Shown here piece after piece: positions 19,780 through 30,321 of a stretch of 64,000 nt of DNA. The DNA is from Alphaproteobacteria bacterium (GTDB lineage Bacteria > Pseudomonadota > Alphaproteobacteria > JAVJVX01). Positions within the stretch are counted from its first letter, which is position 1, and every line of letters starts with the position of its first letter. The stretch is taken from assembly GCA_040220875.1 (NCBI GenBank), contig JAVJVX010000003.1, positions 21,353 to 85,352 of the forward strand, given 5' to 3'. Under the pieces are notes generated by a model. It did no database searches and was not told the origin of the DNA. It worked only from the letters and a program-made list of their open reading frames with translations. The translations under genes were made by a program, and so were the position numbers.

Positions 19780-20465
19780 TGGTTGCCCCTCCTGAGCCGT
19801 TTCTCGAGCAGCATCATGCTCAGAATGACCAGGAAGGCGAAGACCACCAGCCCGCCGGCCAGGACATGCGCCTCGGTCCAGCGCAGCGTCTCGACGAAAT
19901 CAAAGATCGCGACGGACAGGACCCTGGTTTCGCCCGGGATGTTGCCGCCAATCATCAGCACGACGCCGAATTCACCCACCGTGTGAGCGAAGCCGAGCAC
20001 CGCGCCCGTCAGGAAACCCGGGCGCGCCAGCGGTACGGCCACGGTCCAGAACCGGTCCCGGGGGGATGCACCGAGCGTGGCGGCGACCTCGAGGGGTCTG
20101 GTGCCGATGGCCGCGAAGGCGTTTCGAAGTGGCTGGACGACGAATGGAAGGGAATAGACGACCGAGCCCGCCACCAGCCCCTCGAAGGTAAAGGCGAGAG
20201 AGCGGGCGCCATAAAGCCCGGCAACCCAGCCGCCGGGGCCTTGCGGACCGAGCAAGATCAAAAGATAGAAGCCGAGAACCGTCGGCGGCAGTACCAGCGG
20301 CAGCGCCACCACGGCGGCCACGGCTTCTTTCCAGCGCGCCTTTGATTGTGCCAGCCACCAGGCGATCGGGGTCGATACGATGAGCAACAGGAGTGTCGTG
20401 ACCGAGGCCAGCTCGAGAGTGAGCCGAATGGGCGACCAGAGTTCCGCGAAATCAAGATCGGGCAT
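19776..20465 (-). CDS. modB: Molybdate ABC transporter permease
   Basis: 229-aa permease with an EAA-loop-like [20 protein letters not shown]. It lies between modA and modC. Confidence 0.9.
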   Translation of the reverse strand: MPDLDFAELWSPIRLTLELASVTTLLLLIVSTPIAWWLAQSKARWKEAVAAVVALPLVLPPTVLGFYLLILLGPQGPGGWVAGLYGARSLAFTFEGLVAGSVVYSLPFVVQPLRNAFAAIGTRPLEVAATLGASPRDRFWTVAVPLARPGFLTGAVLGFAHTVGEFGVVLMIGGNIPGETRVLSVAIFDFVETLRWTEAHVLAGGLVVFAFLVILSMMLLEKRLRRGNQ

Positions 20466-20474
20466 GATGGTTCG

Positions 20475-21269
20475 TCAGTCGCCGATACCATATCCGAAAC
20501 GCCGGATGATCCTGCGCGCGTCGGGCTCTTGCAAGAAGGCGAGGAAGGCGTGCGCCGCCTCGTTCTCGGCGCCGCGTTCCAGAAGCACGGCATCCTGGGC
20601 AAGGATGGGATGCATCTCCGCCGGCACCACCCAGCGGGATCCGCGGGTTTCGTGGACGACCTGCGACAGGGCGACAAGGCCGGCTTCGACACTTCCGCTC
20701 ATGACGAACTGGTAGGTCTGGGCGATGCTGTTCCCCTGCACGAATTTGGGCTGGAGCGCCCCATAGACATCAAGCCGTTTCAATAACGCAACGGCCGCCG
20801 CACCGTAAGGCGCGGTCGCCGGATTGGCGATGGCGATCTTGGCGAATTGTCCCTCTCGCAGCGTCTCCGGCCCCGTGACGAGGCCTTCGTCGCGGCTGAA
20901 CAGGACGATCCGGCCGATCGCGTAGGTGAAGCGGCTGTTTGCAACAGCAAATCCCTCATCGATCGCTCGCGCCGGCCGGGCCCCGTCGGCGGCGAGAAAA
21001 ACCTCGAATGGAGCGCCCTGGGTGATCTGCGCATAAAGGACGCCGGTCGGACCAGAGCTGAATGCGGCACTGTGGCCGGTCTGTTCGTGAAAGACCCTGC
21101 CGATCTCCTGCGCGGCCGCGGTGAAATTGGCGGCGACGGCGACCCGGGTCTCGCGCGCCGGGGCGTCACCGGCGATCGCGAAGACAAGGGCGGCGATGAG
21201 CAGGCCAGCTCCCCGTCCAGTGCGTCCGCGCCTGCCTCCCGATTTCCTGCCCGGCATCATGGTCGCCAT
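20475..21269 (-). CDS. modA: Molybdate-binding periplasmic protein (start chosen at MATMMPGRK; uncertain)
   Basis: It has a signal peptide, then RVAVAANFTAAAQEIGRVF... typical of ModA. It is the first gene of the modABC set. Confidence 0.85.
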   Translation of the reverse strand: MATMMPGRKSGGRRGRTGRGAGLLIAALVFAIAGDAPARETRVAVAANFTAAAQEIGRVFHEQTGHSAAFSSGPTGVLYAQITQGAPFEVFLAADGARPARAIDEGFAVANSRFTYAIGRIVLFSRDEGLVTGPETLREGQFAKIAIANPATAPYGAAAVALLKRLDVYGALQPKFVQGNSIAQTYQFVMSGSVEAGLVALSQVVHETRGSRWVVPAEMHPILAQDAVLLERGAENEAAHAFLAFLQEPDARRIIRRFGYGIGD

Positions 21270-21346
21270 GTTAGCGCCGGCGCGCCCCGCATGACAGAGG
21301 ACCATTGCGGGCGCCTTTCGCCCATGGTTCCGGCCGACTCGGAGAC

Positions 21347-22363
21347 TTATTTGGCGCCGGCCTCCTCGGCCACCATGACCCGGTCGCGCCCGGCCCGCTT
21401 GGCCCGGTACAGAGCCTGGTCGGCCCGCGCGATCATGGGTCCGGGCCCGTCATCCCTGGCGCGCATCGCCGTGACGCCGACACTGGCGGTCACGGTGAGG
21501 GCGGTCCCGGCATCGTGTTCGCCCCGGGAGAGAACGATCGGTGTCCCGCCGAGGGATTCGCGAATTCGCTCCGCCGTGACGCGCGCGCCCATCAATCCGG
21601 TTTCCGGCAGGATGGCCACGAATTCCTCCCCGCCCCAGCGGCCCAGCAGGTCGCTCGCCCGCAAATTCTCAAGGATGCGCTCGAAAGTTTCCTTCAATAC
21701 GTCGTCGCCCACAGTGTGACCGTAAGTGTCGTTGATCTTCTTGAAGTGGTCGATGTCGAGCATGAGCAGGGCGCAGTCCCGATGATAGCGCGCGGCTGTC
21801 GCGCAGAGGGACTTTGCGCCCGCCATGAAGGCGCGGCGGTTCAACGCACCGGTCAGGGCGTCCGTGTTGGCGAGATCCTCGAGATGACGTTGCGTGCGAT
21901 GTTGCTCGCTGCGGTCGCGGACGATGGCTACCATAACCGTCCCGCTCGCCGTTTCGGTGCGGCAGATAGAGATGTCGAGCGGGATCTCCTCGCCCGCGGC
22001 CGTCAGGCCCATGATCTCCGCCTGGCGCTCGCCCATGTGGCGTGCCGGAGAAGCGTCGCGGGCAAAGGAGTCCATGTATCCGTCATGCCGCGCGCGCAGC
22101 CGTTCAGGCAGCAGCATCTTTATGTTCCGCCCCAGGATGTCGTCGGCTGCGTGGCCGAACATCGCGGTGGCGGCGGGGTTGAAGAGAATGATCCGGCCGT
22201 TGCGGTCGATGGCGATGATGGCATCGGCCGCATGGGCCACGATCGAGCGGAAAAGCCTGTCATCCGCCGGCTCGATCCAGCCGCTGCCGGCCGGGTCGGT
22301 CGAGATATCGGCCCCGGATGATAGCGGGGGCGTTTCTGCCATTTTTGTTCCGACACCCGACAT
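21347..22363 (-). CDS. PAS-domain diguanylate cyclase (GGDEF)
   Basis: N-terminal PAS-like region, then RWGGEEFVAILP (the GGEEF active site). Confidence 0.9.
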   Translation of the reverse strand: MSGVGTKMAETPPLSSGADISTDPAGSGWIEPADDRLFRSIVAHAADAIIAIDRNGRIILFNPAATAMFGHAADDILGRNIKMLLPERLRARHDGYMDSFARDASPARHMGERQAEIMGLTAAGEEIPLDISICRTETASGTVMVAIVRDRSEQHRTQRHLEDLANTDALTGALNRRAFMAGAKSLCATAARYHRDCALLMLDIDHFKKINDTYGHTVGDDVLKETFERILENLRASDLLGRWGGEEFVAILPETGLMGARVTAERIRESLGGTPIVLSRGEHDAGTALTVTASVGVTAMRARDDGPGPMIARADQALYRAKRAGRDRVMVAEEAGAK

Positions 22364-22634
22364 GATGGGATAATATTCCGTAAACCGTTGAAAAGCTGTG
22401 AGAAACCTTGAATAGAATTATCCTAAACTTGTAAACGCGGTCTGAACGGGGTGAATGGCCAGGTCCAATTCCCGCGCCGATGCATCAAGAGGATAATAAA
22501 TGTCATTGTTTTCACCGGGGGGCCGGCCGGGCCGGCCACCCGCAGGGGCAAGAACGGAAGAAAGAGTTTCTAAATAGGCACGCGAGAGGATAGCGGCTGC
22601 CTCGCCTCTCACGCACGGGAGCCAGGAACGACGA

Positions 22635-23078
22635 ATGCCAGGCAATGGTCTTATTCAGGTGATCTACGCCAGTGCCGCCGTGGAGAAATTCTCCCCCGAG
22701 GCACTCCACGAACTTCTGGCCAAATCCCGGCGCCATAATGGCGCTCAGGGAATCACCGGGCTGCTGGTCTATCACGAGGGTTCGTTCCTTCAGGTTCTGG
22801 AGGGGCCGTCGGCGGCGGTGGACAGGCTGATCGAGATCATCAAGGGCGATTCGCGGCACCATCGCTTTCAGCTGCTTTGGCGCGATCTCGTTCCGGAACG
22901 GGAGTTCGGGGGCTGGTCCATGGGCTTCGTCGATACGACGAACAGCACGAGCGATCTCCTGGGCTTTCTCGATTACCGATCCGAGCTCGATGCCGCCACC
23001 AGCGACGGATCGCGGGCGGCAAGTGTCCTCAAGCGCTTCCGTGACGGTCAATGGCGCCATTATGTGGAGGGGAGATAG
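22635..23078 (+). CDS. Short BLUF-domain blue-light FAD photoreceptor
   Basis: LIQVIYASAAVEKFSPEALHELLAKSRRHNGAQGITGLLVYHEGSFLQVLEG is a canonical BLUF core. Confidence 0.9.
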   Translation: MPGNGLIQVIYASAAVEKFSPEALHELLAKSRRHNGAQGITGLLVYHEGSFLQVLEGPSAAVDRLIEIIKGDSRHHRFQLLWRDLVPEREFGGWSMGFVDTTNSTSDLLGFLDYRSELDAATSDGSRAASVLKRFRDGQWRHYVEGR

Positions 23079-23156
23079 GGGCTGGCGATGGCCTCTTCCT
23101 GTCTCGGCACCCGTCCTTCTCTTTCACGTTTCCTCCGTATTCCGAATTGACCTAAC

Positions 23157-24575
23157 GTGGGCGCTCGCCCGCTGATGCGGGGCGGGGCAGAAGCGATGGG
23201 GGAGCGGAGCATTATCTCTTCGAATGATTTGACATCGGTCGGGACGGATGGCGAGAAACCGGCGGACTCGGGTTCGGTGACCGCGTTCCAGATACTGGCG
23301 GTAGTCCTGTGCTGGACGATCAACATGCTCGACGGATTCGATGTGCTGGCGATCGCGTTCACCGCGCCCGAGATCTCGGCCGACTGGGGGCTGCAGCCGG
23401 CGGCGCTGGGTGTCGTGTTCAGCGCGGGCCTCTTCGGCATGATGGCCGGCGCCCTTTTCCTGGCGCCCATCGGCGACTACCTCGGGCGGCGCAAGACGAT
23501 TCTGGCCGGCCTCGTCATCATCACGCTCGGCATGTTTGTGACCGCCTACGTCACGACGGTTTCCGAAATGGTCGCCGCACGGGGCTTCACCGGGCTGGGC
23601 ATCGGCCTGATCCTGGCCAGCCTGACGTCGATCACGGCCGAATATGCGCCGGCCCGCTGGCGCAATCTGGCGATCACCTTCATGCATGCAGGCTATCCCG
23701 TAGGCGCCGTGCTGGGAGGGCTGGTGTCGGTCTATCTGATCCGGACCGATGGCTGGCCGGCCGTCTTCATTTTCGGCGCCGCCGCCTCGGCGGTGATGAT
23801 CCCGCTGGTCTATCTCTGCCTGCCGGAATCGGCCAAGTTCCTCCTCATCCGCCAGCCGCCGCGGGCCCTCGATCGGGTCAACGCCATCAGGGCGCGGCAG
23901 GGCCATGCCGCGCTGTCGTCGCTGCCCCCGAGGCCGGCCTGGCCGGATCGATCGCGAGTCAGCGTCCTGGTCCTGTTCTCCAAAGACTACCTCGCTGCCA
24001 CGCTGGCCCTTTGGACCGGTTTTTTCATGGCGATGCTGGCGCTTTATTTCCTCGTGAGCTGGACGCCAAAAGTGCTGAGCGACGCCGGGCTCTCCCCCGA
24101 TCAGGGCAGGTTTGCCGGCGTGCTCATGAACCTTTGCGGCATCTTCGCCATGCTGCTGCTGGGCGCGCTTTCGGTGCGGTTCGGCCTGCGGCGGGTGATC
24201 CAGCTCCTCCTCGGGCTTTCGGCTGTCGTCATCATGGTCTTCGCCGCCGTACCGTTGCCGGCCCCGGTGCTGTTGGGGCTGGCGTTTCTCATGGGGCTGG
24301 CGATGGCGGGTCTGGTCGGGTTCTACGCCGTTGCGGCCCGGCTCTACCCGACTGAAATCCGCAATACGGGTGTCGGCTGGGCGATCGGAATCGGGCGCTG
24401 GGGGGCGGTCGTGGGGCCGCTGGCGGCCGGCTGGATGATCGGCGCCGGATTCGAGCGCTGGGTTTATTTCCTGGTCCTGGCCGCCGGGCCGGTCCTGATC
24501 GCGGCGTTGAGCGTCGGCCTGATCCGGGCGCCGGGGTTGGAATCCGGGACCGCGGGGCGGCCCGGGACCGGTTAG
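23157..24575 (+). CDS. MFS transporter, aromatic-acid/H+ symporter-like (start uncertain; alternative Met at 23196)
   Basis: It has 12-TM hydrophobicity, plus [17 protein letters not shown] and DYLGRRK motifs. Confidence 0.85.
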   Translation: MGARPLMRGGAEAMGERSIISSNDLTSVGTDGEKPADSGSVTAFQILAVVLCWTINMLDGFDVLAIAFTAPEISADWGLQPAALGVVFSAGLFGMMAGALFLAPIGDYLGRRKTILAGLVIITLGMFVTAYVTTVSEMVAARGFTGLGIGLILASLTSITAEYAPARWRNLAITFMHAGYPVGAVLGGLVSVYLIRTDGWPAVFIFGAAASAVMIPLVYLCLPESAKFLLIRQPPRALDRVNAIRARQGHAALSSLPPRPAWPDRSRVSVLVLFSKDYLAATLALWTGFFMAMLALYFLVSWTPKVLSDAGLSPDQGRFAGVLMNLCGIFAMLLLGALSVRFGLRRVIQLLLGLSAVVIMVFAAVPLPAPVLLGLAFLMGLAMAGLVGFYAVAARLYPTEIRNTGVGWAIGIGRWGAVVGPLAAGWMIGAGFERWVYFLVLAAGPVLIAALSVGLIRAPGLESGTAGRPGTG

Positions 24576-26425
24576 GCGGCCCGCAACCTTGCCAGGAATT
24601 CGTCGATATTGGTCCGCAGATACTGGGCCTGTTGTGACAACTCGTCCGCCGCCCCCAACAGATTATTCGCCGACTGCCCGGTCTCGTCCGCCGCCGCGGT
24701 CACTTCCGAGATGCTTCGGCTGACTTCCTGCGTGCCGAGGGCGGCCTGCTGGGCGTTGCCGGCGATTTCGCTGGAGGCTGCGCTCTGTTCCTCGACTGAC
24801 GAGGCCACGGTGGTGGCGGCTTCGCTGATACTGTTGATGTCCTCGCGAATCTGACCGATCGCCGAAGACGTATCCGCCACGGTCGCCTGTACCCCCGCGA
24901 TCTGCGCGCTTATTTCTTCCGTTGCCTTGGCCGTCTGATGTGCGAGGTCCTTGACCTCGGAGGCGACGACGGCAAATCCCTTGCCGCTTTCCCCCGCGCG
25001 GGCCGCCTCGATGGTCGCGTTGAGGGCCAGCAGGTTGGTCTGCCCGGCGATTTCATTGATCAGCTCCACGACCTCGCCGATGCGTTCCGCGGCTTGCGAC
25101 AGGTCGGTGACGGTCGCCGTCGCACGTTCGGCACGTTCGACCGCCCGGCGGACCATCTCATCAACATTCATGATCTGCCGGCTGACTTCCTGGACGGCGT
25201 TCCCAAGCTGCTCCGTTGCGCTGGCCACGGTCTGCACGTTCCCCGCCGTCTGGTCGGACGCGGTGACAACCGTTACTGCCTGGGCGTTTGTGCGTTGGGC
25301 GATATCCGCCATGGTCTCGGCCGATGCCCGCGTTTCGGATGTCGCCGATGCGAGCGCCTCGACAACTGTCTTGATGCTGGATTCAAGCTCGTCCGCCATG
25401 TTCAGGAGGGCCCCACGGCGCTCGGCCTCGGCCCTCTCGTCAGCCTGGCGTCTTTCCTCTGCCGCCCGCTGGTCGGCCGCACGTCTCTCCTCCACCCCCC
25501 GAAGCTCGGCCTGGCGTTTTTCCTCCGCCGCCCGCTCTTCCGCTTGGCGCTTTTCCTCGGTCATGCGTTGCATTTCGAGCATGCTCCGCTTGAACGACAG
25601 GAAGGCCGTGCTGACCTGGCCGATCTCATCGCGGGAACGGACCTTCAGGTCAACGCTGGTATCGCCGGCCGCAAGAGTATTCAACGCATGCACGACCTCG
25701 CCCAACGGTTTGGAGATACCGAAACGAACAAGTATAAAATTGAGAAAAAGACCGGCGACCAGGGCGAAGAGGGTGATGAGAATCATCAGTCTTTCACCCG
25801 CCGCCTCATGCTCTTCGGCCTCATTGACGGCGGCGAGCGTAAAGCCCTCGATTGTCGCGAGAAGGTCCTGCATCTCGCGATTGAGCTGTTCCTCCTCCCG
25901 TTCCAGAATCAGAAGCTTATCCGCGATGTTGTCGGCACGGCCCGCCGTGATCAGCGCGAAAACCTCGTCCGCGTGATCGGCATAGGCAGTGTGGTGCGTC
26001 TCGATGGTCTTCAACTCATCGAGCACGCGGGAAAAGTTGGCTTTCTCCGCCGCTATGTCGGCAGCTTCGAGGGCGCTCGTCGTCAGAACCCGGCCGGCCT
26101 CGATTTCCTGGTTGACCTTGGTGTCGATAGCCTCGAATTCCTCGACCGCGGCCGCAAAGGACTGGCGGGCGGCGAGGTCTGCACCGATCTGCTGCCCGTG
26201 GCGGACGGCCCGTTCGAACCGGATGGCCTGCTCGAGCTGGTGCGTGGTGACTTTCGTGAAGGCCTCGGTCAGCGGAACGTCGCGTTTCGCGATGCCGGTC
26301 AGCTCCTCGCCGATGCTTTGCATCTGGAAGATCCCCGTCCCGGCGACCAGGGCGGTGAACAGGGCACTCATCACGGCGAGTGCCAGAAGTTTCCAGGTGA
26401 CAGAAATGCTACGAAAAAATGACAT
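24572..26425 (-). CDS. Methyl-accepting chemotaxis protein
   Basis: Two TM segments flank a periplasmic helical sensor. A HAMP domain follows, then the conserved signalling hairpin [38 protein letters not shown]. Confidence 0.9.
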   Translation of the reverse strand: MSFFRSISVTWKLLALAVMSALFTALVAGTGIFQMQSIGEELTGIAKRDVPLTEAFTKVTTHQLEQAIRFERAVRHGQQIGADLAARQSFAAAVEEFEAIDTKVNQEIEAGRVLTTSALEAADIAAEKANFSRVLDELKTIETHHTAYADHADEVFALITAGRADNIADKLLILEREEEQLNREMQDLLATIEGFTLAAVNEAEEHEAAGERLMILITLFALVAGLFLNFILVRFGISKPLGEVVHALNTLAAGDTSVDLKVRSRDEIGQVSTAFLSFKRSMLEMQRMTEEKRQAEERAAEEKRQAELRGVEERRAADQRAAEERRQADERAEAERRGALLNMADELESSIKTVVEALASATSETRASAETMADIAQRTNAQAVTVVTASDQTAGNVQTVASATEQLGNAVQEVSRQIMNVDEMVRRAVERAERATATVTDLSQAAERIGEVVELINEIAGQTNLLALNATIEAARAGESGKGFAVVASEVKDLAHQTAKATEEISAQIAGVQATVADTSSAIGQIREDINSISEAATTVASSVEEQSAASSEIAGNAQQAALGTQEVSRSISEVTAAADETGQSANNLLGAADELSQQAQYLRTNIDEFLARLRAA

Positions 26426-26561
26426 TCTCGAGTGCTCCGAGGCATAAGCGACGCGGTCGCCGGATACACGCGATTGTCTGCGAATGACCTTAAAAATTTC
26501 TTGCGGCGGTGCAATAGGGAGAACTTTTTAAACGTCTGCCGGACCCCCGACCGGCCGCCGG

Positions 26562-28502
26562 TCAGGCGGTGAGGGCGGGGCGGTGTTCACGCCGGGTGGC
26601 GAGGCCCAGCCGTTCTTCCGCGGACGACAGGATCGCCTGCAGCAATTCCGCGTAGCGCATGCCCTGAAACTCCGCCATCAGATTCATCTTGCCGTCCCAG
26701 CACCAGCCCGGATTGGGGTTGACCTCGAGCAGCTTGACTTTGCCCCTGCTATCGGCCCGGAAATCGAAGCGCGCGTAATCGCGGCAGCCGAGGCGCTCGA
26801 AGAGCCGCATGGCATGGTCGATCATGGCCGATTGCACACTGTCGGGCAGGGCGGCTTCGCGGTAACGGATCTGGGTCCAGTAGGGGCTCTCGGGCAGCCA
26901 TTTCGATTCGTAGCCAAGGATCCGGGGAAGGGCCGGGTCAAGGCCGGTATAGTCCACCTCCAGCAGGCGGAGTGCCCGCAATCCCTGTTCCGGGTTGCCG
27001 ATCAGGCCCACCGTGTATTCGGGACCGGTCAGGAATTCCTGCACCAGGACCGGGCGTTTCGGAAACTGGACATGGAGTTTCTCGAGATAGGCCAGGAACG
27101 ACTTCTGGTCCGATACGACCGCTTCCTTGGTGATACCCTCGCTCGAATCGCCGAAATTGGGCTTGAGGATGGCAGGAAAGACCGAGGGCAGGGTGGCGCC
27201 CTGGTCGTCGGGCCGGATGTAGCTCTCAAGCGGCACCGGGACATCGAGCTGGGTGGCAACGGCGCGCACGAGCCCCTTGTCATAACAGGCGGCCAGGCAG
27301 CGCGGCGGCGCGCCGGTGTAGGGCAGGTCGTGCATCTCGAGGATCGCCGGCACATGCAATTCCTTGAAGGCATCGTTGTTGAGGCCTTCATCGCACAGAT
27401 TGAAAACCAGGTCGGTCCGCAGCGCCGAGAGGTCGCGTTCCAGCGTCGCGTGATTATCGAGATAGCGAAAATTGAAGCCCTTGAGCTCGCCGAGGGCGTC
27501 CTTCAACGCACGGATGGTCTGATGGTCCTCCGGGTTGAACTGTCCGCCGCGTTTGATGGTATCTGGCAGGCGCGGGTCGCCCAGCAGGACGGTGACTTCA
27601 AGGATTTTGTCACGTCCCCGGCTGGCGCGCGCCGTCCTTACGGGAGCGTCCGCCGTGATCAGCAGGCGGCGGGCCATCATGCCCAGGTCATGCCCCCGGT
27701 CGGACAGGGAGTCCAGGTTGCCGTGGTGGCGGACGTTGCGGAACCCGGTCTTTTCCAGAAGGGCCGTGATGGCTTCGCGCGTATAGAGACGTTCGGCATA
27801 GAACTGGTCGGCGATGACGCCCATCTCGTCATGAGTGATGACCTCACGCGAGATCAGTCGCTCGCCATCGCTCGCCAGCGAGCGTTCACGGCAGACGAAG
27901 TGGTGATCGTCGATCCATTCCCACGAGCGCGGCTCGTAATGGGATTTCAGCCACTCGCCATCGGCCAGATCGAGAACAAGCGTGCCGGACTGGCGCAGGA
28001 GCCGGCCCACGGCGCCCAGCACTTTTTCATCGTCGTGCTTGCTGGAGAAATATCCGAAGGAATTTCCCATCAGCGTCACACAATCGTAGCTCTCCTCGGG
28101 AAGGCGGGGGGTGCGTGCGTCACCCTCCTTGAAAAAGGCTGTAAGCTTGCGCGCCGCCGCGCGTTTCTTGGCCAGGCGGACAAGATAGCGCGACCGGTCG
28201 AGGCCACTCACGTTTGCGAAGCCGCGCCCGGCCAACTCGAGCACGTGCCGCCCCTGTCCACAGCATAGATCCAGGATATGATCTTCCTGCCGCAGGGACG
28301 TGGCGGACAGGATGAAATCGACGTCGCGCCGCGTGTTCTCGTCATTCTCGACAACGTCGCCGTCGGTCTTGACATAAAGGGCGTTGAACAGCGTGCGCCA
28401 CCACTCCTCCGGAAGATGGGCTTCCAGATCGGCGACGGGACCAAGACTGCGTTGCGCCTGTGACCGGCGCGCCCGCTTCGCGCGGGTGGGGACCTGGACC
28501 AT
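26562..28502 (-). CDS. Fusion protein: N-terminal class I SAM-dependent methyltransferase plus C-terminal ATP-grasp (D-Ala-D-Ala ligase-like) domain
   Basis: SAM motif I is ILDLCCGQGRHVLELAGRG. The C-terminal half has ATP-grasp features (LPYTGAPP..., VLVQEFLTGPEYTVGLIG, ARFDFRADSRGKVKLLEVNPNPG). Confidence 0.75.
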   Translation of the reverse strand: MVQVPTRAKRARRSQAQRSLGPVADLEAHLPEEWWRTLFNALYVKTDGDVVENDENTRRDVDFILSATSLRQEDHILDLCCGQGRHVLELAGRGFANVSGLDRSRYLVRLAKKRAAARKLTAFFKEGDARTPRLPEESYDCVTLMGNSFGYFSSKHDDEKVLGAVGRLLRQSGTLVLDLADGEWLKSHYEPRSWEWIDDHHFVCRERSLASDGERLISREVITHDEMGVIADQFYAERLYTREAITALLEKTGFRNVRHHGNLDSLSDRGHDLGMMARRLLITADAPVRTARASRGRDKILEVTVLLGDPRLPDTIKRGGQFNPEDHQTIRALKDALGELKGFNFRYLDNHATLERDLSALRTDLVFNLCDEGLNNDAFKELHVPAILEMHDLPYTGAPPRCLAACYDKGLVRAVATQLDVPVPLESYIRPDDQGATLPSVFPAILKPNFGDSSEGITKEAVVSDQKSFLAYLEKLHVQFPKRPVLVQEFLTGPEYTVGLIGNPEQGLRALRLLEVDYTGLDPALPRILGYESKWLPESPYWTQIRYREAALPDSVQSAMIDHAMRLFERLGCRDYARFDFRADSRGKVKLLEVNPNPGWCWDGKMNLMAEFQGMRYAELLQAILSSAEERLGLATRREHRPALTA

Positions 28503-28672
28503 TATTCAAGAAACTCCAAGCGTGTCCGGGGCGCTCGCCGGGTCGGCTGGCGGATCGGCCCTCGGTCGCGATACGGAACCGTCTTCCGCTCGCCGATTTT
28601 GCTCAAATACTCCTTTCCGGCCGGCAGTCAATAGGGACATGAAAAAATACGGACGCGCCGTCCGGGGCGGCG

Positions 28673-29590
28673 TCAATTCCCGGACGCGAGACGTTCCTCC
28701 GCCCCTTTCAGTCCCGTCGCCCGCCTCGCCATGGGCTTCCAGGGATCGTCTGTCTGAGCGAGGCGGCGAAAAATATTCCCGAGCGTATAGGTCCGCGGCC
28801 CGAGACCGCCGGCGAGCGCCTCCTCCCAGCGCAGGGGCGTGGCCACCGGTGCGCCCGGTCGAGCGCGGAGCGCATAGGGCGCGACCGCGGTCTGGCCATA
28901 GGCGTTGCGCAAATAGTCGATGAAGACCCGGTCGCCGCGATCCGCCTTCCGCTGGGCTGTGGTCAGGCGGTCCGGGTGGCGGCGGGCGAGGCTCTCGGCG
29001 AGGCGGCGCGCGAAGGCCCGGACGCGGTCGAACCCGGCTTCGCGGTCGAGCGGTACCACGATATGCAGCCCGCGCGAGCCCGTGGTTTGCACGAAACTGG
29101 GCAGGTCGAGCTCATCGAGCCCCGCCCTGAGTGTCCTCGCGGCAAACTGGACCTTGCTGAAATCGTCATCCGACGGATCGAGATCGAAGATGAGTCGGTC
29201 AGGGTGCCCGGGCCGGTCGCGCCGAGAGAGCGCGAGGTGGGGGGTCAGGCAGGCCTGATTGGCAAGGTAGACGAGGGCGGCCGCGTCGTTCGCGATGACA
29301 TGGGTGATCTCTCCGCCCTCCTTGGCCAGGGTGACGCGCGCCATCCAGGCAGGAAAATGCTCGGGCATGTTTTTCTGGAAGAATCCCTTCGCATCGATGC
29401 CGTCGGGGAAGCGCTGCATGGTCAGCGGACGGTCGCGATAATGCGGAACTGCGGTCTCGGCGATCCGCGCATAGTAATCCACGACATCGCCCTTGGTGAT
29501 CCCGTCTTCGGGAAACATCACCTTGTCCAGGCTGGAGAGGGTGAGACTATGTCCGTCCAGCCGGATCGTCTTTTCCGCGGCCCCGCTCAT
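28673..29590 (-). CDS. Stand-alone LigD-type polymerase/primase domain protein (NHEJ PolDom)
   Basis: LSSLDKVMFPEDGITKGDVVDYYARIAETAVPHYRDRPLTMQRFPDGI and GSRGLHIVVPL are typical of LigD Pol. Start chosen at MSGAAEKT. Confidence 0.85.
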   Translation of the reverse strand: MSGAAEKTIRLDGHSLTLSSLDKVMFPEDGITKGDVVDYYARIAETAVPHYRDRPLTMQRFPDGIDAKGFFQKNMPEHFPAWMARVTLAKEGGEITHVIANDAAALVYLANQACLTPHLALSRRDRPGHPDRLIFDLDPSDDDFSKVQFAARTLRAGLDELDLPSFVQTTGSRGLHIVVPLDREAGFDRVRAFARRLAESLARRHPDRLTTAQRKADRGDRVFIDYLRNAYGQTAVAPYALRARPGAPVATPLRWEEALAGGLGPRTYTLGNIFRRLAQTDDPWKPMARRATGLKGAEERLASGN

Positions 29591-29654
29591 GGGTGCCTCG
29601 CCATGTTGTTCCGGGTCTCGCGCGCCGCCGCGCCCGGTCGGGAAAAGATATCGC

Positions 29655-30287
29655 TCAGCCTGGGCCTCCCTTCCCGTTGCGAGCGCGCGCCCGGATTTGC
29701 GTGATCGTGCGGCCGCTCTTGACCGATTTGGGCTGGCTCGAGACGGGGTTACGCCGGGCATCGGCGGCCGCGTCATCTGTCTTGATCAGGAGCCATTGCT
29801 GGTCGTCGTCCCGGCCCGCACCTTTTTTCTTGCCTTCTTTCATGCGCTGAAGGGCGTATCCGCCCTGTAGCTTCTTGCCGTGCAGGCGCACCAGCACGTG
29901 ACCGTCGTCTATGGCCGCGGCTATCGGGACAGTCCTGCCGTTTTTCTCGGTAATGTTGTCGTAACGTCCGCGATCCCAAATCAGCACCGGCCCCGCGCCA
30001 TAGGCGCCTTCGGGAATGACACCCTCGAATTCCGCATAGGCGAGCGGGTGATCCTCTGTCCGGAGGGCCAGGCGCTTTTCGCGCGGATCGGTGGATGGGC
30101 CCTTGGGGACCGCCCAGGACGCGAGCTGCCCCGCAACTTCGAGGCGAAAATCATAATGAAGCGTCGTCGCATCGTGCTTCTGAATCACAAAGATCGGATG
30201 GTTGCCGGCGCGACGCTTTTCTGCGTCCCCGCGCGGCTCACCGGTGAGACGGAAGTCCCTTTTCTTTTCGTATTCCGATTGTCCCAT
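29655..30287 (-). CDS. Stand-alone LigD-type 3'-phosphoesterase domain protein
   Basis: FVIQKHDATTLHYDFRLEVAGQLASWAVPKGPSTDPREKRLALRTEDHPLAYAEFEGVIPEG is the LigD PE signature. Start chosen at MGQSEYEKK. Confidence 0.85.
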   Translation of the reverse strand: MGQSEYEKKRDFRLTGEPRGDAEKRRAGNHPIFVIQKHDATTLHYDFRLEVAGQLASWAVPKGPSTDPREKRLALRTEDHPLAYAEFEGVIPEGAYGAGPVLIWDRGRYDNITEKNGRTVPIAAAIDDGHVLVRLHGKKLQGGYALQRMKEGKKKGAGRDDDQQWLLIKTDDAAADARRNPVSSQPKSVKSGRTITQIRARARNGKGGPG

Positions 30288-30321
30288 GCCTGGCCTGTTC
30301 TGCCGGGCCTGTCCGGCCCTT

